64,000 nucleotides of DNA, taken from Clostridia bacterium. GTDB lineage: Bacteria; Bacillota; Clostridia; Oscillospirales; CAG-272. The stretch covers positions 6,819 through 70,818 of the forward strand of contig JAFTVG010000014.1 in the NCBI GenBank assembly GCA_017465885.1, given 5' to 3'. Made by a program: the position numbers and the translations under genes. Under the pieces are notes generated by a model, which was given only the letters and a program-made list of their open reading frames with translations, was not told the origin of the DNA and made no database searches. Below, piece after piece: positions 1 to 9,214 of the stretch. Within the stretch, counting starts at the first letter, position 1; each line of letters begins with the position of its first letter.

Positions 1-5
1 GCGGC

Positions 6-2636
6 GTGATCACCAAGAGTGCCGCTCTTGAAAGCGAAAGCATACTTCTTCCTATGCGTCAGGACGCAAAATCGCTTTGCGTGCACTGTGTTGCTCACGC
101 TCACATCGATATGAACTGGGAATGGGGCTATCAGGAGACGGCGTCGCTGACCATCGACACCTTCCGCACCATTCTTGACCTGATGCACGACTATGAGAAC
201 TTTACCTTTGCTCAGTCTCAGGCGGCGACCTACGAGATGGTTGAAAAATTTGCTCCTTTTATGCTTGAGGAGATCAAGGCGCGAATCAAGGAGGGCAGAT
301 GGGAGGTCACAGCCTCTGCCTGGGTGGAGACCGACAAGAACCTGCCCTGCGGGGAATCTCTTGCCCGTCACATTTTGTATACCAAGCGCTATTTGTCAAG
401 ACTTCTTGACCTTTCCCCCGACTCCCTTCTCATCGATTTTGAGCCCGATACCTTTGGGCACAACCTGTCCGTACCCGCCATCTGTCAGTCGGGCGGCGTG
501 AAATACTATTATCATTGCCGCGGAAATTCCCGCCCCGCCCACCTTTATCGCTGGCAGGGCAAGGAAGGCAGTGAGCTGATCGTTTACCGCGATCCCCACT
601 GGTATACCTCCACCATCGACTACGATCTTTTTAGAGACGTTCCCTTGCTTTGCAAGCAAAGCGGTATTCCTCATCATCTGACTGTCTACGGCGTGGGCGA
701 TCACGGCGGCGGCCCCACCAGAAGAGACGTGGAAAGACTGATTCAGATGTCCTCCTTCCCCATTATGCCCGAGATCCGCTTTGCCACCTTCCGCTCCTTC
801 TTTGAGGAGGTGGAAAAGCAAAAAGAAAAGCTTCCCGTGATCAAGGGCGAGCTCAATTACGTCTTTAACGGCTGTTATACCTCCCAGTCCCGCATCAAGA
901 TGGCGAACCGTATTGCCGAAGCAAGGGCGTTTGAAAGCGAGTCGCTTTGCGCACAAGCATCTATGGCAGGCACAGACTCCTTTGCCGACTCCTTTGAAAA
1001 GGCGTGGAAGCACATCCTTTTCTCTCAATTTCACGATATCCTGCCGGGATCGGGCGTGCTTGAAAGCCGTGAATACGCTATGGGGCAATTTCAGGAATCA
1101 ATGGCGCACATCGGCATCAACGGCAACACCGCCATGCGCTATATCGCCTCAAAGATCGATACCGAAAATTCGGGGCTGAGTGTGGATAGCGAGTCGGTCT
1201 CCGAGGGCGGAGGCGTGGGCTTCGGCATTTCCTCCCACAATTATTACAGGATGCCCTCAACCGAGCGGGGATCAGGCAAGGTGCGCCTCTTCCATCTGTT
1301 CAACCCCACCCAATACGACTATTGCGGACTTACCGAAATCCTCGTTTACGATCTGGACAGAAAGGGTGCAAGGGCGGTCTTCACCACCGACGAGGGCACG
1401 CCCGTTGAATATCAGCTCCTTGAATCGGGCAAGGGCTACTGGGATCACTCCTACGAGCGCTACGCCCTGCATCTGACCGTACCTGCATTCGGCTATCTGA
1501 CCTGCAAAATGACCCTTGAAGAGATCCACTCTGCCGACAGCTACACCCTTCCCTACTACCGCAACGACCTGCACGCGGGAAATAGCGAGTCGGAGATCGT
1601 CCTTGAAAACGATCTGCTGCGCTGCACCTTTGATAAGCAAAACGGACGCCTTCTTTCTTTGACCGATAAGCAAAAGGGCTTGCCTCTCATAAGCCGTCCC
1701 TCCGCTCTTTTCCGTCTGATCACCGAGCACACCGACCGAGGAATGACCTCCTGGCGGATGGGCGAATACAAATCGGTAAAAGATCTGCATCAAAGCAAGG
1801 AGCTGACCGTTTACGGTCTCAGCAAGGGAGAGCTGCGCCAATCCTTCGGTTATAAGATGCCCTATGGCGACCGATCCTCGATTAGCGTGACCGTACGGCT
1901 TGACAAGAGCAGTCCCATCCTTGAATACGAGGTGACCTTGAACCACCACGAGCTGGGCAATGCAAAAAAGGGTATTCCTCAGGTGAATTTTGCCTTGCCC
2001 TTCAGCTATAGTGCAAAAAGCTGTAAATACGACGTTCCCTTTGCCACCGTCCTTCGTCAGCCGATGGACTACGACGTGCCCGCCTCCTGCTTTGCCCTGC
2101 CCATGCCAGAGGAAGGCAGTGGATTGATGCTTCTTTCCGACTGCAAGCACGGCTTCCGCTACACCGACGGACAGATCGCCCTTTCGCTGATCCGCTCGTC
2201 CTACGACCCCGATCCTTATCCCGAATACGGCGTACACAAGATGCGCATCGGTATTGCGCTCTGTCCCGATGCCAACTGCGACAGCGCCCTTTATAACACC
2301 GTGGACCGCTTCGTGCATCCCCTTTCCTACTGTGCATCAGACCGCCATCCCCACGGCGGACCGCTTGCTCAAAGCGGCTGCTTCGTCAAGCCCGAGGGCA
2401 AGATCAGGATCACCGCCTTAAAAAGCGCCGAGGAGGACGATGGCTTGATCCTCCGCTTCTTCAATACCCAAGAGGAAAGCGCCCCCTTCTCCTTCACCTT
2501 TGATAAGGAGATCAAAGCAGCATTTTATACCGACCTCAATGAAAAAGAGATCTGTAAGATCTCCTTTGACAAAAAGAGAGCTTCCGGCATTTGCCCGCCT
2601 TACGGGATCAAAACGGTAAAGATCCGCTTCAAGTAA
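6..2636 (+). CDS. GH38 alpha-mannosidase, probably 5'-truncated by the window edge
   Basis: 876-aa ORF whose frame is open to base 3. The AHAHIDMNWEW metal-site motif lies only ~30 aa from the ORF start. GVGDHGGGP and FSQFHDILPGS motifs are typical of the GH38 core. A long C-terminal beta-sandwich region follows. Confidence 0.85.
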   Translation: MITKSAALESESILLPMRQDAKSLCVHCVAHAHIDMNWEWGYQETASLTIDTFRTILDLMHDYENFTFAQSQAATYEMVEKFAPFMLEEIKARIKEGRWEVTASAWVETDKNLPCGESLARHILYTKRYLSRLLDLSPDSLLIDFEPDTFGHNLSVPAICQSGGVKYYYHCRGNSRPAHLYRWQGKEGSELIVYRDPHWYTSTIDYDLFRDVPLLCKQSGIPHHLTVYGVGDHGGGPTRRDVERLIQMSSFPIMPEIRFATFRSFFEEVEKQKEKLPVIKGELNYVFNGCYTSQSRIKMANRIAEARAFESESLCAQASMAGTDSFADSFEKAWKHILFSQFHDILPGSGVLESREYAMGQFQESMAHIGINGNTAMRYIASKIDTENSGLSVDSESVSEGGGVGFGISSHNYYRMPSTERGSGKVRLFHLFNPTQYDYCGLTEILVYDLDRKGARAVFTTDEGTPVEYQLLESGKGYWDHSYERYALHLTVPAFGYLTCKMTLEEIHSADSYTLPYYRNDLHAGNSESEIVLENDLLRCTFDKQNGRLLSLTDKQKGLPLISRPSALFRLITEHTDRGMTSWRMGEYKSVKDLHQSKELTVYGLSKGELRQSFGYKMPYGDRSSISVTVRLDKSSPILEYEVTLNHHELGNAKKGIPQVNFALPFSYSAKSCKYDVPFATVLRQPMDYDVPASCFALPMPEEGSGLMLLSDCKHGFRYTDGQIALSLIRSSYDPDPYPEYGVHKMRIGIALCPDANCDSALYNTVDRFVHPLSYCASDRHPHGGPLAQSGCFVKPEGKIRITALKSAEEDDGLILRFFNTQEESAPFSFTFDKEIKAAFYTDLNEKEICKISFDKKRASGICPPYGIKTVKIRFK

Positions 2637-2663
2637 GAAGATCTTCCCCCTTTCTCATAACCG

Positions 2664-2703
2664 AAAAAGAACCTCGGACGTTTTACCGTCCGAGGTTCTT
2701 TCA
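2664..2703. terminator. bidirectional rho-independent terminator between the convergent mannosidase genes
   Basis: 12-bp stem GAACCTCGGACG (2669-2680) / CGTCCGAGGTTC (2687-2698), with an A-run upstream and a T-run downstream. Confidence 0.75.
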
Positions 2704-2708
2704 GTATG

Positions 2709-2849
2709 TCAGGAGTTTATCCCTTCGTTTGTTTTTTTACGCGACGCGCTTTTTTTTGCAACGATCAACACGATCACTGCTCCCACAAGCACTGCAAGCA
2801 CCACGGCGGTTACCGCAAACACTGCGGTGGGGTCGCCTGTAGCGGGAGG
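2709..2849 (-). other. C-terminal cell-wall sorting signal of the GH92 protein (PPATG motif + hydrophobic helix + basic tail)
   Basis: The protein ends ...DPDNPPATGDPTAVFAVTAVVLAVLVGAVIVLIVAKKSASRKKTNEGINS. PPATG (nt 2835-2849) fits the (S/P)PXTG class used by clostridial sortases. It is preceded by a Pro/Glu/Ser linker PPVEPSEPVEPSEPSEDPSEDP. Confidence 0.55.
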
Positions 2850-5800
2850 ATTATCGGGATCCTCGGAGGGATCCTCGGAGGGCTCGGAGGGTTCTACCGG
2901 CTCGGAGGGCTCCACGGGAGGAGTCTGTCCGCCGGGGATCTCATCAAGACCGCCTGCAATATCCTGCTCGCCGATGAATTCCACTTCTGCAAGCGAGCTG
3001 CCGCCAAAGAGGGTCAGCTTATAGAAGCGATAGTTGCCCTGCAGCTCTTCGTCAATCGCGAAGGGTTTGATGAAGTTGTTGCAAAGGAAGGTGATCTCCT
3101 CTTCCTCAAGGACGGTCGCCCAGCTTTCGCCGTCGTTGGATACCTCAAGCTTGAAGGAGGTGGGTGCCTTGTTTACCGTGGAGGAGGTGAGGGTGATCAT
3201 CGAGATCTTGGAGCAGGTGGCGTCAAAGATCAGCTCTTCACCGTCGGAAATGGTGGCGGAGGTCAGGCTGTTGTCGTCAAACAGATCCTTCACCTTTTCA
3301 AGACCGCTTTCGATGGTACTCAGCACCACTGCCAGATCCTTCTTGCCTGCCTCGGGCTTTTGTCCGGGTGCGGTCAGAGAGGTGGGCTCGCTGTCCTCAG
3401 CACTGCCCCACTCGGAGGGCTTTGCACCCATCTCAAACTCGATGGTGCAGCCTGTGCTGAGCATTTCGTGGGTGAGGAACATCTTGTTGTAGCTCTCGCC
3501 ATTGACCTTTGCAGACTGAATGTACACGTTTTCGTCGGAATTGTTATTCGCAACGATCACGATATCGTTGCCGTTATCCAGATGCACGGTCACCTTGTCA
3601 AAGAGGGGAGAGCCGATCACGTATTCGCCCGATGCCACGCTGTAGGGATAGAAGCCCAGAGCGTTGAAGACGTACCAAGCCGACATTTCGCCGTTGTCCT
3701 CGTCACCGGGATAGCCCTGACCGATCTCAGAGCCCACGTATACGTGTCTGAGGACCTCTCTGACGTATTCTTGTACCTTATAGGGAGTGGAGGAGAAGGC
3801 GTAAGTGTAGATCACGTGGTGAGCGGGCTGGTTATTGTGCTCGTACTGACCCATCTTCACTTCCTTGAACTCGCTGATCTCGTGGTGTACCGAAGCCAGC
3901 TCAACCACCTTCTTCATTGCATCGTAGCTGTCATCAAAGAGCTGATCCAGCTTTGCGGAGAGCGCTTCCTCGCCGCCGTACAGGTTTGCAAGACCCTCGC
4001 CGTCAAATACTGCGGGGAAGGCGTTGACCCAACCTACCGACTCGGTGAAGTCGTACTTGTCACCGTTCCACTGTGCAGGATTGAAGTTGGTGGAGGACCA
4101 GATGCCTGCGGTGGACTTGCCCATGAAGAAGTCTGCCTTTTCGTTGAAGAGCAGAGCGTAATTCTTGCAACGGTTGAGGTAGTAAGCCGCCTCGTCCTCA
4201 AGTCCCATCGCCTCTGCCATCTTGTAGATGCCGTAGTCGTTGATGAAGCCCTCAATGGAGCTGGAATATGCCTCTTGCACGAAGGCGCCGGTTACGGGAT
4301 TATCGTTTGCAATGTAGCCCTTATAGGGAGCGGTGTTGTTTTCCTTTCTGCCGCCTGCGGTCATATTGGAGGAGTATGCCGCTGCATTCTTCACCATTGA
4401 CTCAAAGGCTGCCTGATAGTCAAACTCCACGCCCTTGATAAAGGCGTCTGCAAAGATCACGTCGCTGGAGGTACCGACCATACAGTTCACAGGACCGGGA
4501 CCCATCCATCTGGGGATCCAGCCGCTTTCCTTGTAGTGGCCCACGATACCGTCCACGTACTGCCCTGCTCTGTCTGCTGTAAACAGCGAGTAGCCGGGCC
4601 AAGCGGTACGATAAGTATCCCAGAAGCCGTTGTTGGTGTAAAGCATACCCTCGGTCTTCTTGCCGCTCTTATAAGGCGAGCCGTAGACCCACTTGGGTTC
4701 TTCGTTGGTGCCCTCGTTTTCGGAGAAGAGGCTGGGGAATGCGTACATTCTGTAAATGGAGGAATAGAAGGATACCAGCTCGTGATAGCTTGCACCCTCG
4801 ATCTCAAACTTGCCGCACAGATCGTCCCATTCCTTCTGTGCCGATGCCAAAACGGTGTCGAAGGTATCGTTTGCACCGATCTCGAGAGCCAGGTTGTGCG
4901 CCGCCTGATCGTAGCTGATGAAGGAGGTCGCCAGCTTCAAGGTCACCACGGTGGTGCCCTTTTCAAATGCGGCGATGCCCTTGACGCCGCTGACCACAGA
5001 AGCGTCTGCCCAAGCGGTATCAAACTGACCGTAAACGTACATCGCGGGCGAGCCGTGGGAGGTCTTCGCCTTGAAGGTCTTGCCATCCTCAAGGAAGGAC
5101 AGGCTTCCCGAGCCCCACATGCTGTCGAAGATCACGTTTACGTTTTCACTGCCCTCGGGGAAGGTGAAGCGCAGATATGCGCCGTGCAGGGTGGGCGTAA
5201 CCTCGATCTTAACGCCCGATGCGGCAGACCCTTCCTCTAACAAGACGCTGTAGAGATGAGCCGTTGCCTTTTCGTTCTTATGGCTGTAGCCCGCTTCTCT
5301 GTTCTGAGAAGAGATCTGAATCGAGGTGATGCCGTCGGTGCCGTTTTCGGTGTTCACACCGGTGTTGGGCATAAACTGCATGGAGCCGTAGCTTCCGATC
5401 CAGAAGTTGGGGGCGTGGATGATGGAGATAGAATCAAGAGGATTACCCGAACGGGTCTGCTGATAGGTATAAGGCAGAGTGGGGGCGTCAGCGTTGTTCA
5501 CGGGAGTGAAGAAGTTGAAGCCGCCGGGCATAGTCACGCCGGGAGTACACATACCGCGGGAGAAGGCGATATCGTTGTTGGTTCCACGCAGAATGTTGAC
5601 GTAGTCGGAAAGATGTTCGTTTACCACCTCAGCCTTGTCCTCGATCTTCAGATCGTCGAAGAAGGTGACGAAGCGGGAGGCGTCTACCGCATTTTCCATA
5701 TCGAAGTATACGCAGATCTTTTCGATGGTCTTGCCCTCGGCAACCTCACCGATTGCGCTTTCCACGTAGTTCCACTGAGCGGTATACAGGCATTCGCCCT

Positions 5801-8800
5801 CAGCCTGACCTGCAGGGGTCATCAAAGAACCGTACTGATCCTTTGCACCAAGCTCGGACAGGTACGTTCCGTCGGTGAACTTCAGGTCGATGACCACGCG
5901 GCAGGAGGTGTATTCGTAATCGTAGGAATGAATGTTGAACAGACCCGGGAAGATCACGTAGCTCAGTCTTGTGTTCTTGGTTACGGGAATGGACAGATCC
6001 TTGAAGATCACGTTCTTGGCGTAGGTCTTGTCGGTTGCGGTCTGCTCGCCGTATACGGCAAGGCATCTGAAGCCGCTCCACGCACCGGGAGTGTTGCACT
6101 CGGTGGCAATGGGACCAAAGCCGATCTCGGTGTTCATACCGGGGATCTCCTCGGGGATCAGGCTCTCGTCAAGCTGGGTATATAGGGTCAGCTCGGAGAA
6201 CTGGGTGTGGGCGTTGCCGCCGTTTTCAAGAACCTCCAGCTTGTAGTAGAGGTAGGAGGTGGCGTTGGCAATACCGAAGAGCTGCTCCTCAAAATAGTCG
6301 GAGAACTCCACGCCGGTACGGCTGTCAAGCTTTACCCAATCGGTGCCGTCCACAGAGCCGTAGAAGTTCCACTTTCTGGGGCTTCTGGAGATGTGGTCGT
6401 TGGCGGAGGTGATAGAATAGCCCTTCACCACCCGGGATTCCTTCAGTGCGAAGACCACGGTGAAAGTGGAGCCCGAGCAGACCATCTTGGTAGAGGTCTT
6501 GCCGTCAAAGAGGTTTGCCTTGGACTCGCCGCCGCCAAGGTCTTCCGAGCCAGAAACGGTGGAAGCATCCACCTCTGCCTTTACGGGTTTAGCTTCCTCT
6601 TCCTCCACCTTCGCGGAAGGATCTACAAAGAGCTGCCACTCGGAGAACTGCACCACCTGCAGACCCACCGCGTCTTGTCCTACGTTGGAGGTAACGTCCA
6701 GCTTGTAGTAGAGATACTCGGTGGTGTTGTTGAAGGTGTAGGTGTAGTAGGTATTTCTTTCGGGCATATCCTCGTCGCTGCGCACGTCAAGGGCTACCCA
6801 GTTCTCGCCATCGTTTGATCCGTAGAGTGTCCAGTCCTTGGGGTCTCTGGGATCGTGGTCGTTGGCAGAAGCGATCTTGTACATATTCACTGCCGCAGGT
6901 GCGGTCAGCTTTGCGGATACCCACAGAGTGGTGGTGTGGGGGATGCACACCTTGGAGTCTACCGATCCGTCAAAGATCTGCAGAATGCCCTGACCGCCGT
7001 CAAGAGCGGCAGAGCCCTTTACGGTGGAGGTGTCTACAGTCTGTTTTTCGGGCTCGGGCTTCTCTTCTTCGGCGGTCTCTGCAACGAAGAGCTGCCACTC
7101 GGAGAACTGTACCACCTGCAGACCCACCGCATCCTGTCCTACGTTGGAGGTAACGTCCAGCTTGTAGTAGAGATACTCGGTAGTATTGTCGAAGGTGTAG
7201 GTGTAGTAGGTATTTCTTTCGGGCATATCCTCGTCGCTGCGCACGTCAAGGGCTACCCAGTTCTCGCCATCGTTTGATCCGTAGAGCGTCCAGTCCTTGG
7301 GGTCTCTGGGATCATGGTCGTTGGCAGAAGCGATCTTGTACATATTAACTGCCGCAGGTGCGGTCAGCTTTGCGGATACCCACAGAGTGGTGGTGTGGGG
7401 GATGCACACCTTGGAATCTACCGATCCGTCAAAGATCTGCAGAATGCCCTGACCGCCGTCAAGAGCGGCAGAGCCCTTTACGGTGGAGGTGTCTACAGTC
7501 TGATTTTCGGGCTCGGCGACCTGCTCCTCTTCGGAAACGTATTCAAGCTGCAGCTCGGCAAACTGAATAAGGTCGTAGCCCCAAGGGTCAAGACCGTGAT
7601 TTGCGGTCACTTCCAGCTTGTAGTATTCGTAAGACTCTTCGTTTTCAAAGCCAAAGGCGTAAAGGGTCTTTCTGTCTGGCAGATCGATATTTTCGCGGTC
7701 ATCAAGAAGGGTCCAGCTCTCGCCGTCCTTTGAGCCGTAAAGCTTCCAGCTCTTGGGGTCTCTTGCGGGAGCGTCGGAAGCCGTACCGATAACGTAGCCG
7801 TTTACCACAGCGGAGGCGACCAGCTTCACGGACACCCACATAGAGCCGTTATAGGTGGTGCACAGCTTGCTGTCAAGGCTGCAGTCGAACAGCTTGTCAA
7901 GCCCTTCGCCTGCATTTGAAACCTCAGAGCCTTTTACGGTAGAAGCGTCCACTTGGACCTCTACCTGCTCTTCAGCCGCTTCGCTCTTGTATCCGAACTT
8001 CAATTCGGACATATGGGTGATGTTCAGTCCCACGTTATCGGTGCCGACGGCGTTCATCTCCGCCAGCTTATAATAAAGATATTCGGTGGTGTTTTCAAAG
8101 GTATAGGTCTTGGTCTCGAAGAAGTTTGCAAAGGTCTCCTCTTCTCTTGCATCAAGCAGATCCCAGCTTGCGCCGTCCTTTGAGCCGTAAAGCTTCCAGC
8201 TCTTGGGGTCACGCTTGTGATGGTCGTTGCAAACCGAGACAGAATAGAAGTTTGCCGCAAAGGCTTCCTTCAACTTCACCGATACCCAGACGTTCACGTT
8301 GCCGTCTGCGATCCACTTGGTGGAGGTGGCGCCGTCAAACAGATTTGCCTTCACCTCGGTACCGTTCAAGTCCTTGGTGCCGTCGTAGCTGTCGATAGCA
8401 GGATAGCTCACGCTGGAATCCACGTAGCCTTCGCCGCCATCTTCAAAGGACTCGGTGAAGAGATCCAGATTTGAAAACTGGGTCAGGCTTCCGCCGCAGT
8501 TGGAGGTCACTTCAAACTTGTACCATTTGAAAGCCTTCTTGTTTTCAAAGCCAAAGGTCTTGGTCTGCTGACGGGAGGTGAAGGACACACCCTCACGCAC
8601 GTCAAGGGAGACCCAGCTCTCTCCGTCCTTGGAGCCAAAGAGCGTCCAGTTCTTGGGGTCTCTTGCTGGCTCGTCATTTGCAGAAGCAATAGAATAGGAA
8701 CGAACCACTGCTTCCTTATCCAGCGCAAAGACAACGTACACGTTTGAACCGGTAGACAGGAACTTGGTGCCGGTCTTGCCGTCAAACAGATTGTATTTGC

Positions 8801-9095
8801 ACTCGCTTCCCAGATAATCCTCAGAGCCGTCTACCGTCTCGTAAAGAACGGTCAAGCCCTTTCCGCCGCCCGTGGGGGAGGAGGTGTTGATCACGCCCTG
8901 AAGAAGTCCTCCTTCAAGGGTGGAAGAAAGGAAGCCGTCGCTGTCGGTTTCTTCAAAGGAGGTCTCAAAGTGCACCTTATCCTTGCCTGCACCCTCAGCG
9001 ACCACGGAAAGACCGCCGAAAAGCTGTACTGCATTTGCAAAAACAAGAGAACACACGAGGACGTATGCCAATAGTTTTTTAAATACCGTTTTCAT
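2709..9095 (-). CDS. giant (2128 aa) cell-surface GH92-family alpha-mannosidase with seven F5/8-type-C (CBM32-like) modules
   Basis: N-terminal signal peptide MKTVFKKLLAYVLVCSLVFANA. Six N-terminal and one C-terminal discoidin-like modules (recurrent NLFDG..T.K, SANDxxxRDPKxWxLYGSxDGxxW, YYKLE motifs). Central region carries GH92-type motifs (GMCTPGVTMPGGFNFFTP, YEHNNQPAHHVIYTYAF, PGDEDNGEMSAWYVFNALGFYP). SD GAGAGG lies upstream of the ATG at 9095. Confidence 0.85.
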   Translation of the reverse strand: MKTVFKKLLAYVLVCSLVFANAVQLFGGLSVVAEGAGKDKVHFETSFEETDSDGFLSSTLEGGLLQGVINTSSPTGGGKGLTVLYETVDGSEDYLGSECKYNLFDGKTGTKFLSTGSNVYVVFALDKEAVVRSYSIASANDEPARDPKNWTLFGSKDGESWVSLDVREGVSFTSRQQTKTFGFENKKAFKWYKFEVTSNCGGSLTQFSNLDLFTESFEDGGEGYVDSSVSYPAIDSYDGTKDLNGTEVKANLFDGATSTKWIADGNVNVWVSVKLKEAFAANFYSVSVCNDHHKRDPKSWKLYGSKDGASWDLLDAREEETFANFFETKTYTFENTTEYLYYKLAEMNAVGTDNVGLNITHMSELKFGYKSEAAEEQVEVQVDASTVKGSEVSNAGEGLDKLFDCSLDSKLCTTYNGSMWVSVKLVASAVVNGYVIGTASDAPARDPKSWKLYGSKDGESWTLLDDRENIDLPDRKTLYAFGFENEESYEYYKLEVTANHGLDPWGYDLIQFAELQLEYVSEEEQVAEPENQTVDTSTVKGSAALDGGQGILQIFDGSVDSKVCIPHTTTLWVSAKLTAPAAVNMYKIASANDHDPRDPKDWTLYGSNDGENWVALDVRSDEDMPERNTYYTYTFDNTTEYLYYKLDVTSNVGQDAVGLQVVQFSEWQLFVAETAEEEKPEPEKQTVDTSTVKGSAALDGGQGILQIFDGSVDSKVCIPHTTTLWVSAKLTAPAAVNMYKIASANDHDPRDPKDWTLYGSNDGENWVALDVRSDEDMPERNTYYTYTFNNTTEYLYYKLDVTSNVGQDAVGLQVVQFSEWQLFVDPSAKVEEEEAKPVKAEVDASTVSGSEDLGGGESKANLFDGKTSTKMVCSGSTFTVVFALKESRVVKGYSITSANDHISRSPRKWNFYGSVDGTDWVKLDSRTGVEFSDYFEEQLFGIANATSYLYYKLEVLENGGNAHTQFSELTLYTQLDESLIPEEIPGMNTEIGFGPIATECNTPGAWSGFRCLAVYGEQTATDKTYAKNVIFKDLSIPVTKNTRLSYVIFPGLFNIHSYDYEYTSCRVVIDLKFTDGTYLSELGAKDQYGSLMTPAGQAEGECLYTAQWNYVESAIGEVAEGKTIEKICVYFDMENAVDASRFVTFFDDLKIEDKAEVVNEHLSDYVNILRGTNNDIAFSRGMCTPGVTMPGGFNFFTPVNNADAPTLPYTYQQTRSGNPLDSISIIHAPNFWIGSYGSMQFMPNTGVNTENGTDGITSIQISSQNREAGYSHKNEKATAHLYSVLLEEGSAASGVKIEVTPTLHGAYLRFTFPEGSENVNVIFDSMWGSGSLSFLEDGKTFKAKTSHGSPAMYVYGQFDTAWADASVVSGVKGIAAFEKGTTVVTLKLATSFISYDQAAHNLALEIGANDTFDTVLASAQKEWDDLCGKFEIEGASYHELVSFYSSIYRMYAFPSLFSENEGTNEEPKWVYGSPYKSGKKTEGMLYTNNGFWDTYRTAWPGYSLFTADRAGQYVDGIVGHYKESGWIPRWMGPGPVNCMVGTSSDVIFADAFIKGVEFDYQAAFESMVKNAAAYSSNMTAGGRKENNTAPYKGYIANDNPVTGAFVQEAYSSSIEGFINDYGIYKMAEAMGLEDEAAYYLNRCKNYALLFNEKADFFMGKSTAGIWSSTNFNPAQWNGDKYDFTESVGWVNAFPAVFDGEGLANLYGGEEALSAKLDQLFDDSYDAMKKVVELASVHHEISEFKEVKMGQYEHNNQPAHHVIYTYAFSSTPYKVQEYVREVLRHVYVGSEIGQGYPGDEDNGEMSAWYVFNALGFYPYSVASGEYVIGSPLFDKVTVHLDNGNDIVIVANNNSDENVYIQSAKVNGESYNKMFLTHEMLSTGCTIEFEMGAKPSEWGSAEDSEPTSLTAPGQKPEAGKKDLAVVLSTIESGLEKVKDLFDDNSLTSATISDGEELIFDATCSKISMITLTSSTVNKAPTSFKLEVSNDGESWATVLEEEEITFLCNNFIKPFAIDEELQGNYRFYKLTLFGGSSLAEVEFIGEQDIAGGLDEIPGGQTPPVEPSEPVEPSEPSEDPSEDPDNPPATGDPTAVFAVTAVVLAVLVGAVIVLIVAKKSASRKKTNEGINS
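6631..7548. repeat. tandem 2 x 459-bp near-identical duplication inside the GH92 gene (one whole CBM32-like module + linker)
   Basis: AGCTGCCACTCGGAGAACTG... starts at both 6631 and 7090. ACGGTGGAGGTGTCTACAGT occurs at 7021 and 7480. I counted about a dozen mismatches by eye, so identity is high. The two protein copies differ in the module only by TFDNTTEY vs TFNNTTEY. Confidence 0.9.
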
Positions 9096-9214
9096 AATTA
9101 CCTCTCTAAATTTCGTTTTAATCGTGCCGTGCCGGATCGTTATTTCATCGCATCCTCCTTTACATCGTTTATTTATCAGGTCCTTAAAGGACGCCTATTC
9201 TCTGATCCTGCCGA

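Noticed and set aside
2706-9000. Many long plus-strand ORFs (564 aa at 2706-4400, 309 aa at 5256-6185, 234 aa at 4536-5240, and others) antisense to the GH92 gene
   Set aside because: These are shadow ORFs created by the strong GC3 codon bias of the minus-strand gene. Their translations are low-complexity (Gly/Val/Ala/His-rich). They lack SD sites and recognisable domains. The minus-strand frame carries clear GH92 and CBM32 motifs.
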